A DNA stretch of 63,171 nucleotides, taken from assembly GCA_036840015.1 (NCBI GenBank), contig DAISVV010000001.1, positions 1-63,171 on the forward strand. Reading direction: 5' to 3'. Each line of letters starts with the position of its first letter. Position 1 is the stretch's first letter. The DNA comes from Micropepsaceae bacterium (lineage in GTDB: Bacteria > Pseudomonadota > Alphaproteobacteria > Micropepsales > Micropepsaceae). The notes below the pieces were generated by a model, which was not told the origin of the DNA, did no database searches, and saw nothing but the letters and a program-made list of their open reading frames with translations. Shown here in pieces: positions 1 to 11,213 of the stretch. Made by a program: the position numbers and the translations under genes.

Positions 1-2
1 CG

Positions 3-617
3 CTTCAGCAGTCGCTTCTGGGCGAGCTCTTGCCCCGCGGCGGCATTCCGGAGGGGCCGCTGGAACCAGCGGCCCTTTTTCCAGGTGCGTCAGCTCTTGC
101 TTTCGAGGTTGGTTTCGGCGGGGGCGAACATCTTGCCGCGCAGGCGAGGCTGCATCCGCAGACCGGCTTCATTGGCTGCGAGCCGTTCGAGAACGGGGTT
201 GCCAAGCTCCTGACGCAGGTCCGGGCCCAGGGGCTGGCGAATGTGCGTGTGCATCCCGATGATGCGCGTGACATCCTCGAGCGACTGCCCGATGCCAGTC
301 TTTCGGTGATGTTTGTCCTCTTTCCTGATCCCTGGCCGAAATTCCGCCACCACAAGCGCCGCTTCATCCAGCCGCGGACACTCGGCGAAATTGCCCGCGC
401 CCTGAGGCCTGGCGGCGAGTTGCGGATCGCCACCGACCATCCCGATTATGCGCAATGGGCGCTCATGCATCTTGTTCGCGATGCGCGGTTCACCTGGGCG
501 GCGCAATGTGCGGCGGATTGGCGCGTGCGTCCGGCCGACTGGGTCGCGACGCGCTATGAGCAGAAGGCGCTGGCGGCCGGCCGAAGCTGCGTTTACCTCA
601 GATTTTTCAGGGCCTGA
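3..617 (+). CDS. trmB: tRNA (guanine46-N7)-methyltransferase TrmB; 5' end lies outside the window
   Basis: The frame is open from the window edge. The translation has EVGFGGGEHL (SAM-binding loop) and LFPDPWPKFRHHKRRF, the TrmB signature. The TTG at 30 in the ORF track is probably internal. Confidence 0.85.
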   Translation, partial: LQQSLLGELLPRGGIPEGPLEPAALFPGASALAFEVGFGGGEHLAAQARLHPQTGFIGCEPFENGVAKLLTQVRAQGLANVRVHPDDARDILERLPDASLSVMFVLFPDPWPKFRHHKRRFIQPRTLGEIARALRPGGELRIATDHPDYAQWALMHLVRDARFTWAAQCAADWRVRPADWVATRYEQKALAAGRSCVYLRFFRA

Positions 618-749
618 GCCTTCTTTTGCCCTTGGATTGGTGGGGGGCATCCTGTAGAACACCCTCGATTTCCCGGACAAGATGAGCTTGTTCGCTGGCT
701 GACCGAAAGGGCAGCCCGGCGCCAGAGGTTTTTTGTCCGGACAACGGAC

Positions 750-1289
750 ATGACCATGGCAAGACGCGCCACAGAGCTTGAACACCTGATTGCCCCCATC
801 GCGGAAGCGCTGGGCTATGCGCTCGTGCGTGTGCGGCTTTCAGGCGCCGTTCGCCCGACCCTGCAGGTGATGGCCGAGCTGCCTGATGGAACGATGCCGA
901 TCGAGGATTGCGCGCGCCTGAGCGAGGCGATTTCTGCAGCCTTCGAGCAGGCCGATCCCATCGAGGGCGAGTATGTGCTGGAGGTCTCGTCGCCGGGCAT
1001 TGACCGGCCGCTGACGCGTCGGCGCGACTTCGACGATTTCAACGGCCATGAAGCCAAGCTTGACCTGGTGGCGCCCATCGACGGGCGCAAGCGCATCAAG
1101 GGCACGCTGCGCGGGTTGCGCGGGGAAGACGTGCTGATCGAGACGGATGCCGGCCCGGGGGGCGGGCGGATCGAACTTTCCATTCCCCATGTTTCGATCG
1201 GCGAGGCCAAGCTCCTCTTGACCGATGCGCTGATCGAGCAGGATCTCAAGCGAAGAAAACAGGCCGGGAAGCCGGCGAAACCGAGGTAA
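750..1289 (+). CDS. rimP: ribosome maturation factor RimP
   Basis: 179 aa with VLEVSSPGIDRPLTRRRDF. It sits directly upstream of nusA, as in the conserved rimP-nusA-infB operon. Confidence 0.9.
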   Translation: MTMARRATELEHLIAPIAEALGYALVRVRLSGAVRPTLQVMAELPDGTMPIEDCARLSEAISAAFEQADPIEGEYVLEVSSPGIDRPLTRRRDFDDFNGHEAKLDLVAPIDGRKRIKGTLRGLRGEDVLIETDAGPGGGRIELSIPHVSIGEAKLLLTDALIEQDLKRRKQAGKPAKPR

Positions 1290-1294
1290 CGAAG

Positions 1295-2884
1295 ATGGCT
1301 GTCAGTGCAAACAGGCTTGAATTGCTTCAGATCGCGGATGCGGTCGCGCGGGAGAAATCGATCGACAAGCAGATCGTGATTGCCGCGATGGAAGAAGCGA
1401 TCATGAAGGCTGCAAAGTCGCGCTATGGCCAGGAAAACGACATCACCGCCGAGATCGACCCCAAGACGGGCGAGACGCGGCTCAACCGCAAGCGTTCGGT
1501 CGTCGACAAGGTTGAGAACGATGCAACCGAAATCACGCTTGAAGAGGCGCTGAACCACAATCCTGCCGCCGAGGTGGGCGACGTTATCCTCGATCCGCTG
1601 CCGCCGATCGATTTCGGCCGCATTGCGACGCAGGCTGCCAAGCAGGTCATCTTCCAGAAGGTGCGCGATGCCGAGCGCGAGAAGCAGTTCGAGGAGTACA
1701 AGGACCGCGTCGGCGAGATCGTGCATGGCACGGTGAAGCGCGTCGAATACGGCAATGTGGTTGTCGACCTGGGCCGGGGCGAAGCCTTCGTGCGGCGCGA
1801 CGAGCTTCTGCCGCGCGAGACGTTCCGCACGGGCGATCGCATCCGCGCCTACATCTATGATGTTCGCCGCGAAGCCCGCGGACCGCAGATCTTCCTGTCT
1901 CGCACCCATACGCAGTTCATGGCCAAGCTGTTCGCGCAGGAGGTTCCCGAGATCTATGACGGGATCGTCGAGATCCGCTCGGTGGCCCGCGATCCCGGCT
2001 CGCGCGCGAAGATTGCCGTGATTTCCAAGGACTCCTCGATCGATCCGGTCGGCGCCTGCGTCGGCATGCGCGGCAGCCGCGTGCAGGCTGTCGTTCAGGA
2101 ATTGCAGGGCGAGAAGATCGACATCATTCCCTGGTCCCAGGACGCGGCAAACTTTGTCGTCAACGCGCTGGCACCGGCCGAGGTTTCCAAGGTGGTGCTC
2201 GATGATGACGCGCACCGGATCGAGGTTGTCGTAGGCGATGACCAGCTGTCGCTGGCGATCGGGCGGCGTGGACAGAACGTGCGTCTTGCCTCGCAGCTGA
2301 CCGGCTGGCAGATCGACATCCTGACGGAGGCCGAGGAATCGGAGCGCCGGCAGGAGCAGTTCCGCAAGCGGACCGAGTTGTTCATGAATTCGCTGGACGT
2401 GGACGAGACGCTTGCGCAGCTTCTCGCGTCGGAAAATTTCTCGGCCGTCGAGGACCTCGCCTATGTGGTGACGGAAGAGCTGGCCGAGATCCAGGGCATT
2501 GGCGAGGAGACGGCGAACGAGCTGCAGCGCCGGGCGCTTGAGTACCTTGAGCGGCAGAATGAGGCGTTTGATACCAAGCGTCGCGAGCTGGGCGTCGATG
2601 ATGCGATCCTGCAGGTCGAGGGCGTCACGCCTGCCATGGCGGTCGCGCTGGGCGAGGGCGGGGTGAAGACGCTCGAGGACCTCGCGGGATGCGCCACCGA
2701 TGACCTCGTCGGCTGGAACGAGACCGTGAACGGCGAGCGCAAGCATTTCGCGGGCATGCTGGAGAGCCTTGCTGTAACGGCCGATGATGCCAATGCGATC
2801 ATCATGGCTGCGCGCATTGCGGCGGGCTGGGTCGAGGCGCCGGCTGCGCCGGCCGAACCGGCTGCAGCGGAGGCCGATGCCTAG
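1295..2884 (+). CDS. nusA: transcription termination/antitermination factor NusA
   Basis: 529 aa. S1 domain ([21 protein letters not shown]), KH domains ([29 protein letters not shown]) and a C-terminal acidic repeat region. Confidence 0.97.
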   Translation: MAVSANRLELLQIADAVAREKSIDKQIVIAAMEEAIMKAAKSRYGQENDITAEIDPKTGETRLNRKRSVVDKVENDATEITLEEALNHNPAAEVGDVILDPLPPIDFGRIATQAAKQVIFQKVRDAEREKQFEEYKDRVGEIVHGTVKRVEYGNVVVDLGRGEAFVRRDELLPRETFRTGDRIRAYIYDVRREARGPQIFLSRTHTQFMAKLFAQEVPEIYDGIVEIRSVARDPGSRAKIAVISKDSSIDPVGACVGMRGSRVQAVVQELQGEKIDIIPWSQDAANFVVNALAPAEVSKVVLDDDAHRIEVVVGDDQLSLAIGRRGQNVRLASQLTGWQIDILTEAEESERRQEQFRKRTELFMNSLDVDETLAQLLASENFSAVEDLAYVVTEELAEIQGIGEETANELQRRALEYLERQNEAFDTKRRELGVDDAILQVEGVTPAMAVALGEGGVKTLEDLAGCATDDLVGWNETVNGERKHFAGMLESLAVTADDANAIIMAARIAAGWVEAPAAPAEPAAAEADA

Positions 2885-3564
2885 TGGCCAGCCACCGGAC
2901 GGTGCAGCGCGAGCGCGACGAGCGCGATGAGGGGGTCGAAGGATCCCTGCGCCGCTGCATCGTGTCGGGGGACAGCAGGGCGCCGGAGCGCATGGTGCGC
3001 TTCGTCGTCGGCCCGGACGGCGACATCGTGCCGGACGTCGCCCACAAGCTGCCGGGTCGCGGCTATTGGGTCGGGGCCGAGCGCGCGCTGATCCAGCGAG
3101 CGGTCGAGCGGGAGGCCTTCTCGAAAGCTGCCCGCACCAAGGTGGTTCATCCGGCTGACCTGGCCTTCCGGGTCGAGGCGCTGATCGTCGCCCGGCTTGG
3201 CGAACTTCTTGGCCTTGCCCGGCGTGCGGGGGTGCTTACGCTCGGCTTTGCCAAGGTGGAGCCGCTGCTCAAGTCGCAGGCGGGGCGTATCGCCGCATTG
3301 GTCGAGGCGTCCAATTCGGGCGGCGCGGATCGCGGAAAGCTCATCGGAATTGCCCGCAGAAACCCCGGGATCCGGGTTGTGGGATGCCTTACCGACGAGG
3401 AAATCGGCGTGGCGCTGGGCCGAGAAAATGTGATACACGCTTGCCTGAGCCATGGTCCGCTTGCCGATCGGTTTTTGTCCGAGGCTGAGCGGCTTGGCGG
3501 CTTCCGCGTGTTGTGTCCAGCCGAATGGGACGTGGCTTCGCACCGCGAGGGCGACGGCGTTTGA
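2884..3564 (+). CDS. YlxR (DUF448)-type RNA-binding protein with a C-terminal L7Ae/YlxQ-like half
   Basis: The GTG start overlaps the nusA stop by 1 nt. The N-terminal half has LRRCIVSGD...GRGYWV (YlxR signature). The C-terminal half has LGLARRAGVLTLGFAKVEPLL...IAALVEASNSG, which resembles the L7Ae-like YlxQ family. Confidence 0.8.
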   Translation: MASHRTVQRERDERDEGVEGSLRRCIVSGDSRAPERMVRFVVGPDGDIVPDVAHKLPGRGYWVGAERALIQRAVEREAFSKAARTKVVHPADLAFRVEALIVARLGELLGLARRAGVLTLGFAKVEPLLKSQAGRIAALVEASNSGGADRGKLIGIARRNPGIRVVGCLTDEEIGVALGRENVIHACLSHGPLADRFLSEAERLGGFRVLCPAEWDVASHREGDGV

Positions 3565-3611
3565 GTTGGTGTTTCCTAAAGTGACCCAAGACAAGGGATT
3601 GAAAGGCGCGC

Positions 3612-6389
3612 ATGACTGACAAAAAGACTCCAGATGGCGACAAGACACTGCATGCCTCTGGTGCGCCCAAAACCCTGTCGGTGAAGCGCCCGGAGACGGG
3701 TGTCGTGCGCCAGGCCTTCAGCCATGGACGGTCGAAGGCCGTGGTGGTCGAGATCAAGCGGCCGACGGTCGTGCGGCCTGCAGGCAAGCCGGAGGCGCCC
3801 AAGGCGCCAGCGGTTCCCGCCGATGCGCCGAAGGCCGAGGCTGCTGCCCCGCCGGCAGCGCCCGCGAAGCCGGCGAAGCCCGCGCCTGTGCAGCCCAAGC
3901 AGGGCGGCATGGTGCTGCGCACGCTGACCGAAGGGGAAAAGGAAGCCCGGCTTCGCGCGCTCAAGGATGCCCGCATTGCCGAAGAGGAAGAGCGGCGCCG
4001 CGCGCAGGAAGAAGCCAAGCGGCGCGCCGAAGAGGAAGAGCGGCTGGCCCGCGAGCGCGAAGCTGCAGCCAAGCGCAAGGCCGAAGAAGATGCCCGCCGT
4101 GTCATCGAAGATGAAACACGCCGCAGGGCCGATGTTGATGCCCGCAGGCGCAACGAACCCGTCGATGAGGCTGCGGCCGCACCGCTGGTGAAACCGATCT
4201 CGCGTGGTCCGGCGCCCACGGGGCCGCGCAGCCCGCGTCCGGCCGGTGCGCCGGGTGCCCGCCCGTCAGGGCCGGGGACTGGCCCGCGTCCTGCCGGGGG
4301 ACCTTCCGGGGCACCTGGCCGCGGTTCGGCGTTTCCGCCTGCTGGCGGGCGCGGTGCGCCGTCGCCTGCCGGGCTTCAGGGGCCTGCACGCAGGCCTGGG
4401 CAGGGTGACGATGATGACGGGCGCCGTCGCGCCGGCGGCAAGGGTGTTCCGGCGAAGCCGGTCTCTGCCCCGCGCAAGGGTGGCGATGAACGCCGCACAG
4501 GCAAGCTGTCGGTGGTGACCGCGCTCGACGAGCAGGAGCGCGTTCGCTCGATCGCAGCCTACAAGCGCCATGTGCAGCGTGCACAGCGTGCGCAGCTTGG
4601 CATCAAGGACAACAATGATGCGCCGCAGAAGATCGTCAGGGATGTCGTCATCCCTGAATCGATCACGGTGCAGGAACTGGCGAACCGCATGGCCACGCGT
4701 GCGGTCGACATCATCAAGAGCCTGATGAAGCAGGGGCAGATGGTGACGATCAACACGTCGCTCGATGCGGATACTGCGCAGCTGATTGCCGAGGAGTTCG
4801 GTCATACGGTGAAGCGTGTTGCCGAGTCTGACGTGCTCGAGGGCCTGGCCGGCGACGATGACACGGATGAGACACTTGTGGCGCGTGCGCCAGTGGTGAC
4901 CGTCATGGGTCATGTCGACCACGGCAAGACATCACTGCTTGATGCTTTGCGCTCGACCGACGTGGCGGCGGGCGAGGCCGGCGGCATCACGCAGCATATC
5001 GGTGCCTATCAGGTGACGCTGCCGTCCAAGCAGAAGATCACGTTCCTCGATACGCCGGGCCATGCTGCGTTCACAGCCATGCGCGCGCGCGGCGCGAAGG
5101 TGACGGATATCGTGGTTCTCGTGGTGGCAGCGGATGACGGCGTGATGCCGCAGACCATCGAGGCCATCAATCACGCCAAGGCGGCGAAGGTTCCGATCAT
5201 TGTTGCCATCAACAAGATCGACAAGCCGGGCTGCCAGCCCGACCGCGTGCGCAATGAATTGCTGAGCCACGAGATCGTACTCGAGGCGATGGGCGGCGAC
5301 ACGCTGTCCGTCGAGGTCTCGGCAACCAAGCGGATCAACCTCGACAAGCTCGAGGAGGCGATCCTCCTGCAGGCGGAAGTACTTGACCTGAAGGCCAACC
5401 CGAACCGTCCCGCGTCGGGCGCGATCGTGGAGGCCAAACTCGACAAGGGGCGTGGTCCGGTTGCAACCGCTCTGGTCCAGCGCGGCTCCATCAAGGTGGG
5501 TGACATTGTCGTGGCCGGTGCCGAATGGGGCCGCGTGCGCGCGCTTGTGAACGAGCGCGGCGAGCAGGTCCAGCGTGCTGGTCCGTCCGAGCCGGTCGAG
5601 ATCCTCGGCCTTTCGGCACCTCCGGAAGCCGGCGACGACTTCGCCGTCGTCGACAGCGAAGGCCGTGCGCGCGAGGTTGCCGATTTCCGTGCCCGCAAGA
5701 AGAAAGAGCTTCGCTCGCGTGCTGTCGGTCGCGCGTCGCTTGACCAGGTGCTTGCCGCCAAGGGACAGGGCGAGGCGAAGATCCTTCCGCTCGTCGTCAA
5801 GTCGGACGTGCAGGGTTCGGTCGAAGCCATTTCGGCCGCCCTGGCACAGCTGTCAACTTCGGAAGTCAAGGCGCAGGTGCTTCATGCAGGCGTCGGCGGT
5901 GTCACGCAGAGCGACATCATCCTCGCGCGTGCCTCGGGTGCACCCATTATCGCCTTCAACGTGCGTGCGACTGCGGAAGCGCGTGACATGGCGAAGCGCG
6001 ACGGCGTCGAGATCCGGTATTACTCGATCATCTACAACATCATCGATGACATCCGGGCAGCGATGTCGGGCCTGCTCGCGCCGACCCTGCGAGAGAATTT
6101 CCTCGGCTATGCCGAGATCCTCGAGGTGTTCAACATCACGAAGGTCGGCAAGGTTGCGGGTTGCCGCGTGACGGAAGGCAAGGTGCTTCGCGGCAACAAG
6201 GTTCGCCTGCTGCGGGACAACGTGGTCATCCACGAAGGCACGCTGTCGACCCTCAAGCGCTTCAAGGACGAGGTCAAGGAAGTCGTCGTGGGCCAGGAAT
6301 GCGGCATGGCCTTCGACAACTACCAGGACATCCAGAAGGGTGACCAGATCGAGTGCTTCGAGGTCGAAACGATCAAGCGGACACTCTAG
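3612..6389 (+). CDS. infB: translation initiation factor IF-2
   Basis: 925 aa. G domain motifs [25 protein letters not shown] and NKID. The N-terminal region is low-complexity and rich in Ala/Pro/Glu/Arg. Confidence 0.98.
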   Translation: MTDKKTPDGDKTLHASGAPKTLSVKRPETGVVRQAFSHGRSKAVVVEIKRPTVVRPAGKPEAPKAPAVPADAPKAEAAAPPAAPAKPAKPAPVQPKQGGMVLRTLTEGEKEARLRALKDARIAEEEERRRAQEEAKRRAEEEERLAREREAAAKRKAEEDARRVIEDETRRRADVDARRRNEPVDEAAAAPLVKPISRGPAPTGPRSPRPAGAPGARPSGPGTGPRPAGGPSGAPGRGSAFPPAGGRGAPSPAGLQGPARRPGQGDDDDGRRRAGGKGVPAKPVSAPRKGGDERRTGKLSVVTALDEQERVRSIAAYKRHVQRAQRAQLGIKDNNDAPQKIVRDVVIPESITVQELANRMATRAVDIIKSLMKQGQMVTINTSLDADTAQLIAEEFGHTVKRVAESDVLEGLAGDDDTDETLVARAPVVTVMGHVDHGKTSLLDALRSTDVAAGEAGGITQHIGAYQVTLPSKQKITFLDTPGHAAFTAMRARGAKVTDIVVLVVAADDGVMPQTIEAINHAKAAKVPIIVAINKIDKPGCQPDRVRNELLSHEIVLEAMGGDTLSVEVSATKRINLDKLEEAILLQAEVLDLKANPNRPASGAIVEAKLDKGRGPVATALVQRGSIKVGDIVVAGAEWGRVRALVNERGEQVQRAGPSEPVEILGLSAPPEAGDDFAVVDSEGRAREVADFRARKKKELRSRAVGRASLDQVLAAKGQGEAKILPLVVKSDVQGSVEAISAALAQLSTSEVKAQVLHAGVGGVTQSDIILARASGAPIIAFNVRATAEARDMAKRDGVEIRYYSIIYNIIDDIRAAMSGLLAPTLRENFLGYAEILEVFNITKVGKVAGCRVTEGKVLRGNKVRLLRDNVVIHEGTLSTLKRFKDEVKEVVVGQECGMAFDNYQDIQKGDQIECFEVETIKRTL

Positions 6390-6473
6390 CCCGGCGTCCG
6401 CGCCGCGCGCGGACGGCGGGGGCGGGCCTCACGGGAGGTTCGCCCCGTCCTCCCTGAAGGAATTGGTGCCAGC

Positions 6474-6926
6474 ATGGCCCGGAAACCCCACCGACCCGAG
6501 ACCGGCAGCGGACCCACGCAGCGGCAGCTGCGCGTGGGCGAAGAGATCCGGCATATCCTTGCCGGCATCCTGATGCGCGGCGAATTGCGGGATCCGGCGC
6601 TTGCCGGCGTATCGGTCACCATCTCGGAGGTTCGGATCAGTCCGGACCTGAAGAATGCCACGGCCTTTGCCATGCCGCTGGGCGGGGCGCAGCTTGAACC
6701 TGTGCTCGAGGCCCTGAACCGCACATCGCCCTACCTGCGGTCGCAGGTCGCCAAGCTGCTGCAGTTGCGCCACGCGCCGGTCCTGCAATTCGTGGCCGAC
6801 CGGTCGTTCGACGAGGCGCATCACATCGAGGAGATCCTGCGGTCCGAGAAGGTTGCCCGCGATCTTCGCCATGCGGGCGACGGCCCTGATCCTCATGACG
6901 GTGACGATGGCGAAGCGAAAGGGTGA
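6474..6926 (+). CDS. rbfA: ribosome-binding factor A
   Basis: 150 aa with RQLRVGEEIRHILAGIL...ISEVRISPDLKNA. It occupies the conserved position between infB and truB. Confidence 0.9.
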   Translation: MARKPHRPETGSGPTQRQLRVGEEIRHILAGILMRGELRDPALAGVSVTISEVRISPDLKNATAFAMPLGGAQLEPVLEALNRTSPYLRSQVAKLLQLRHAPVLQFVADRSFDEAHHIEEILRSEKVARDLRHAGDGPDPHDGDDGEAKG

Positions 6927-7851
6927 GCCGGTCCATGGCTGGCTTGTGCTCAACAAGTCCTGCGGGATCACCTCGACAAAGGCGCTATCGATTGCCCGAC
7001 GCCTGCTGAATGCCAACAAGGCCGGCCACGCCGGCACGCTCGATCCGCTTGCCGACGGGGTGCTGCCGCTGGCGTTCGGCGAGGCGACCAAGACCGTTCC
7101 CTACCTCGTCGATGCGCGCAAGACCTACCGCTTCACGGTCCGCTGGGGGCAGGAGACCTCGACGGATGACCGTGAGGGGCCGGTCGTGCAGTCGAGCGAC
7201 TTGCGCCCGAACCCGGAACAGGTCCTTGCGGCCTTGCCGGGCTTCATCGGGCGGGTGCTGCAGGTGCCGCCTGCTTTCTCGGCGATCCTTGTCGACGGGC
7301 AGCGCGCCTATGACCTCGCGCGGGATGGCGAGACGGTGGAGCTTCTTGCCCGCGAGACAGACATCTTCCGGCTTGAGGTCGTCGAGGCCCCGGACGCCGA
7401 CCATACCGTCTTCCACATGACGTGCGGCAAAGGGACCTATGTTCGGGCCTTTGCGCGCGATATCGGCCGGGTCCTTGGCTGTTTTGGCCATGTTGCCTCG
7501 TTAACCCGGACGGCGGTCGGACCCTTCCGGCTGGCGGACGCGATTACGCTGGAAAAACTCGAGGAATCTGCTAAAGACCCCGCCACCACGCGTGGCCTCC
7601 GGCCGCTCGCGACCGTGCTGGACGACATCCCGGCACTGGCCGTGACAGACCAGGAGGCCTCCCAGCTCAGGCTGGGTCGGGCCATCCTGGCGCGCGGTCG
7701 TCTCTTCCTCTCCGAAGGGGTAGCCGATGACAGCGTCGCGCATGCCGTGCCGCCTGTCTATTGCCGTACCCGTTCCGGCGATCCCGTTGCGATCGCGGTC
7801 TTCGAGGCAGGAGAGGTGAAGCCCATCCGTGTATTCAACTTTTCACATTGA
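6907..7851 (+). CDS. truB: tRNA pseudouridine(55) synthase TruB
   Basis: [13 protein letters not shown] and [16 protein letters not shown] (catalytic Asp motif). The ORF opens at 6853. I chose ATG 6907 ([12 protein letters not shown]), which overlaps rbfA by 20 nt, so the start is uncertain. Confidence 0.9.
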   Translation: MAKRKGEPVHGWLVLNKSCGITSTKALSIARRLLNANKAGHAGTLDPLADGVLPLAFGEATKTVPYLVDARKTYRFTVRWGQETSTDDREGPVVQSSDLRPNPEQVLAALPGFIGRVLQVPPAFSAILVDGQRAYDLARDGETVELLARETDIFRLEVVEAPDADHTVFHMTCGKGTYVRAFARDIGRVLGCFGHVASLTRTAVGPFRLADAITLEKLEESAKDPATTRGLRPLATVLDDIPALAVTDQEASQLRLGRAILARGRLFLSEGVADDSVAHAVPPVYCRTRSGDPVAIAVFEAGEVKPIRVFNFSH

Positions 7852-7862
7852 GGAACAATCCG

Positions 7863-8132
7863 ATGTCGTTGACTGCAGAGCGCAAGCTTGAAATCGTCAA
7901 GCAATTCGCCACGAAGCCGGGTGACACCGGTTCTCCAGAGGTACAGGTGGCCGTTCTTTCGGAACGGATCAACGGTCTCACGGAACACTTCAAGAGCCAC
8001 GTGAAGGACAACCATTCGCGTCGCGGCCTTCTGAAGATGGTCTCCCAGCGCCGGCGTCTTCTCGACTATCTCAAGAAGACCGACAAGGCGCGCTACGACA
8101 CAATCATCTCGAAACTCGGCCTGCGCCGGTAG
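7863..8132 (+). CDS. rpsO: 30S ribosomal protein S15
   Basis: 89 aa: [15 protein letters not shown]...[17 protein letters not shown]...RRGLLKMV. The ATG at 7863 lies inside a longer ORF that opens at 7761. Confidence 0.97.
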   Translation: MSLTAERKLEIVKQFATKPGDTGSPEVQVAVLSERINGLTEHFKSHVKDNHSRRGLLKMVSQRRRLLDYLKKTDKARYDTIISKLGLRR

Positions 8133-8188
8133 ATCCGAATGACGCCATCCAACGGACGGAGTGAAGGCTTCGTCCAGCCAAACAGGTT

Positions 8189-8220
8189 TCCGGGTTGCGC
8201 GCGTGGCGCGCAGACCCGGA
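8189..8220 (+). promoter_or_regulatory. GC-rich stem-loop in the rpsO-pnp spacer (candidate rpsO attenuator / pnp leader processing hairpin)
   Basis: tccgggttgcgcgc-gtg-gcgcgcagacccgga forms a 14-bp stem with one bulged base. No U-tract follows. It lies in the 195-nt spacer where E. coli has the RNase III-cleaved pnp leader hairpin. Confidence 0.4.
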
Positions 8221-8327
8221 GGCGTCACTTGCGCGTGCCCAATCTCCCTACAACCATTTCCCTGCAAGAAGAGAGCAGAGAAGGCTGTCCGCAATCCGGC
8301 GGACCGCAAACTCAGGACTGAAACAGA

Positions 8328-10457
8328 ATGTTCGACATTCACAGAGAACACATTGACTGGGGCGGCAAGACGCTTGTCCTCGAAACAGGCCGCATTGCGC
8401 GGCAGGCCGACGGCGCGGTTCTCGCGTCGATGGGCGAGACCAGCGTGCTCGCCACCGTGGTCTCGTCCAAGTCACCCAAGGAAGGCATCGACTTCCTGCC
8501 CTTGACCGTGAATTACCAGGAAAAGGCCTTCGCGGCCGGCCGCATTCCGGGCGGCTATTTCAAGCGCGAAGGACGCCCCACCGAGCGCGAGACGCTGATC
8601 TCGCGCCTGATCGACCGTCCCATCCGCCCCTTGTTCGTCGATGGCTATCGCTGCGACACGCAGGTCATCGTGACGGTTCTCAGCCACGACCTCGAGAACG
8701 ATCCCGACATCCTTGCCATGGTGGCCGTCTCGGCGGCGCTGACGCTCTCGGGCGTTCCCTTCCAGGGACCGGTGGGCGCGGCGCGCGTGGGCTACATCAA
8801 TGGCGAGTATGTGCTGAACACCCCGATCGACAAGATGCCGGAGTCGGTGCTTGACCTCGTCGTCGCGGGTACCAGCGACGCCGTGCTGATGGTTGAATCC
8901 GAGGCCAAGGAGCTTTCGGAAGACATCATGTTGGGCGCGGGCATGTTCGGGCACCGCGCGTTCCAGGCCGTGATCAACGGGATCATCCGGCTTGCCGAGA
9001 AGGCTGCGAAGGATCCGCGCGATTTCACGCCGCCGGACCACAGCGCGCTCTATGCGAAGATCAAGGCCTTTGCCGAGGCTGACCTGCGGGCGGCCTATGG
9101 CGAGCGGCAGAAGCAGGTGCGGCACTCGAAGATCGATGCGGTCAAGAAGCGCGTCATGGCCGAGTTCACGGGCGAGGGAAAGCCGGATTCGGCGCTTACG
9201 GTCAGCGGCCAGTTCAAGGAACTGGAAGCTGCCATCGTCCGCAACGACATCCTGGACACGGGCCGGCGCATCGATGGCCGCGACACCAAGACGGTCCGCC
9301 CGATCGTCTCGGAGGTGGGCGTGCTGCCCCGCACGCATGGCTCGTCGCTGTTCACCCGCGGTGAAACGCAGGCGCTGGTCGTCACCACGCTGGGTACCGG
9401 CGAGGACGAGCAGTATGTCGACTCGCTCGAGGGCACGTTCAAGCAGCACTTCATGCTGCACTACAATTTCCCTCCGTACTCGGTGGGTGAGACCGGCCGC
9501 ATGGGCAGCCCGGGCCGTCGCGAGATCGGCCATGGCAAGCTTGCGTGGCGGGCCATCAACCCGCTGCTTCCGGCCAAGGAAAGCTTCCCCTACACGATCC
9601 GTGCCGTGTCGGAGATCACCGAGTCGAACGGCTCGTCGTCGATGGCCACTGTCTGCGGCACGTCGCTGTCGATGATGGATGCGGGCGTTCCGCTCAAGTC
9701 TCCCTGCGCGGGCATCGCGATGGGCCTCATCAAGGAAGGTACCCGTTTTGCCGTCCTGTCCGACATCCTGGGTGACGAAGATCACCTGGGTGACATGGAC
9801 TTCAAGGTTGCCGGGTCGGCGAACGGCGTCACTGCGCTGCAGATGGACATCAAGATCACAGGCATCACCGAGGAGATCATGAAGGTCGCGCTCGGCCAGG
9901 CGAAGGACGGGCGGCTGCACATCCTTGGCGAGATGTCCAAGGCGATTACCGGCGCGCGCGCCGAACTGGGTGAGCATGCGCCGCGCATCGAGGTGATCAA
10001 CATTCCGACTGACAAGATCCGCGAAGTGATCGGTTCGGGCGGCAAGGTCATCCGCGAGATCGTCGAGAAGACGGGTGCGAAGATCGACATTTCCGACGAC
10101 GGCACGGTCAAGGTCGCCTCGGCGAATGGCGAGTCGATCCGTGCAGCACTCAAGTGGATCAAGTCGATCGTGGCCGAACCCGAAGTGGGCGAGATCTACG
10201 AAGGCAAGGTCGTCAAGATCATGGACTTCGGCGCGTTCGTGAATTTCTTCGGCGCGCGTGACGGCCTCGTGCACATTTCACACCTGGCCAAGCAGAAGGT
10301 TGCGAAGACCAGCGATGTCGTCAAGGAAGGCGACAAGGTGTTCGTGAAGCTGCTCGGGTTTGACGATCGCGGCAAGGTGCGCCTGTCGATGAAGGTTGTC
10401 GACCAGCAGACCGGCAAGGAAATCGCGCCGGAGGCTGGCGAGAAGAGCGAAGGATGA
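8328..10457 (+). CDS. pnp: polyribonucleotide nucleotidyltransferase (PNPase)
   Basis: 709 aa. Two RNase PH domains, a KH domain ([15 protein letters not shown]) and an S1 domain ([20 protein letters not shown]). Confidence 0.98.
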   Translation: MFDIHREHIDWGGKTLVLETGRIARQADGAVLASMGETSVLATVVSSKSPKEGIDFLPLTVNYQEKAFAAGRIPGGYFKREGRPTERETLISRLIDRPIRPLFVDGYRCDTQVIVTVLSHDLENDPDILAMVAVSAALTLSGVPFQGPVGAARVGYINGEYVLNTPIDKMPESVLDLVVAGTSDAVLMVESEAKELSEDIMLGAGMFGHRAFQAVINGIIRLAEKAAKDPRDFTPPDHSALYAKIKAFAEADLRAAYGERQKQVRHSKIDAVKKRVMAEFTGEGKPDSALTVSGQFKELEAAIVRNDILDTGRRIDGRDTKTVRPIVSEVGVLPRTHGSSLFTRGETQALVVTTLGTGEDEQYVDSLEGTFKQHFMLHYNFPPYSVGETGRMGSPGRREIGHGKLAWRAINPLLPAKESFPYTIRAVSEITESNGSSSMATVCGTSLSMMDAGVPLKSPCAGIAMGLIKEGTRFAVLSDILGDEDHLGDMDFKVAGSANGVTALQMDIKITGITEEIMKVALGQAKDGRLHILGEMSKAITGARAELGEHAPRIEVINIPTDKIREVIGSGGKVIREIVEKTGAKIDISDDGTVKVASANGESIRAALKWIKSIVAEPEVGEIYEGKVVKIMDFGAFVNFFGARDGLVHISHLAKQKVAKTSDVVKEGDKVFVKLLGFDDRGKVRLSMKVVDQQTGKEIAPEAGEKSEG

Positions 10458-10461
10458 TGCC

Positions 10462-11133
10462 ATGATGGACGCCGTCATCTTTGATTGTGACGGCGTCCTC
10501 ATCGACTCTGAAACCATTGCACATGAAGTCGAGCTCGATGCGCTCAAGCGCATCGGGCTTTTTGCTGACAGCCGCGAGTACCGAGTCCGTTTCCAGGGGC
10601 TGACTGTCAGGAGCTGGGGCGAGGCGCTGAACGAGTTGCATTTGGCCCAGCGGGGCGCGCCCCTGCCGCCGGGGTTCATCGACCAGCTGAGCGCCGAGAT
10701 CACGCGGCGGATTCTGTCCGATATCCGGCCCATTGCGGGTGCCTTCGACGCTGCCCGTGCATTCCAGGGAGCGAAGGCGATTGCGTCATCCAGCCCGAAG
10801 CGGGAGCTGCACGGCAAGGTCAGGGCGCTGGGTCTCTGGGATGTGTTCGACGGCCAGGTTTTTTCCGGCGACGATGTTGCGCACGGAAAGCCTGCGCCGG
10901 ACCTGTTCCTCCTGGCCGCCGGGCGACTGGGCGTACCCGGGGCACGGTGCATCGTGATTGAAGACAGCGTCAACGGCGTGAAGGCCGGCATTGCTGCGGG
11001 CATGACCGTGTGGGGCTTCACGGGTGGTCCGCACTGTCATCCCGAGCAGGGCCGGGCGCTGAGCGAGGTTGGGGCGGCGCGGGTCTTTGGAGACATGAAG
11101 GCGCTGGAGGCAGTTCTCGCGGGCCGGGGTTGA
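10462..11133 (+). CDS. HAD-superfamily hydrolase (phosphatase/phosphomutase-like)
   Basis: MMDAVIFDCDGVLIDSE carries the DxDGxxxDS motif I. The C-terminal part has IEDSVNGVKAGIAAGM. The ATG at 10462 is 4 nt after the pnp stop. Confidence 0.8.
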   Translation: MMDAVIFDCDGVLIDSETIAHEVELDALKRIGLFADSREYRVRFQGLTVRSWGEALNELHLAQRGAPLPPGFIDQLSAEITRRILSDIRPIAGAFDAARAFQGAKAIASSSPKRELHGKVRALGLWDVFDGQVFSGDDVAHGKPAPDLFLLAAGRLGVPGARCIVIEDSVNGVKAGIAAGMTVWGFTGGPHCHPEQGRALSEVGAARVFGDMKALEAVLAGRG

Positions 11134-11148
11134 GGATTTGTGCTGGGT

Positions 11149-11200
11149 GGCCGGGTCAAGCCCGGCCATGACGTTTGGCCGGGTCAAGATTGGCCATGAC
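11149..11200. repeat. tandem pair of 24-bp REP-like units; the first forms a perfect hairpin
   Basis: Unit 1 is ggccgggtcaagcccggccatgac (11149-11172). Unit 2 is ggccgggtcaagattggccatgac (11177-11200). They differ only at three adjacent bases. Unit 1 contains the stem ggccggg/cccggcc. Confidence 0.7.
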
Positions 11201-11213
11201 GAAGGGGCTGGAG

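Noticed and set aside
815-2746. 643-aa ORF antisense to rimP/nusA
   Set aside because: Same reasoning as above. The sense strand encodes RimP and NusA with clear motifs, and the antisense product is low-complexity.
3977-4045. 19-bp direct repeat gccgaagaggaagagcggc (two copies) in infB
   Set aside because: It simply encodes the repeated AEEEERR motif of the low-complexity N-terminal region of IF-2. It is not an independent element.
8472-10274. 600-aa ORF antisense to pnp
   Set aside because: It is antisense to a full-length PNPase, has no motifs, and shows the skewed Arg/Asp/Leu/His composition typical of antisense frames.
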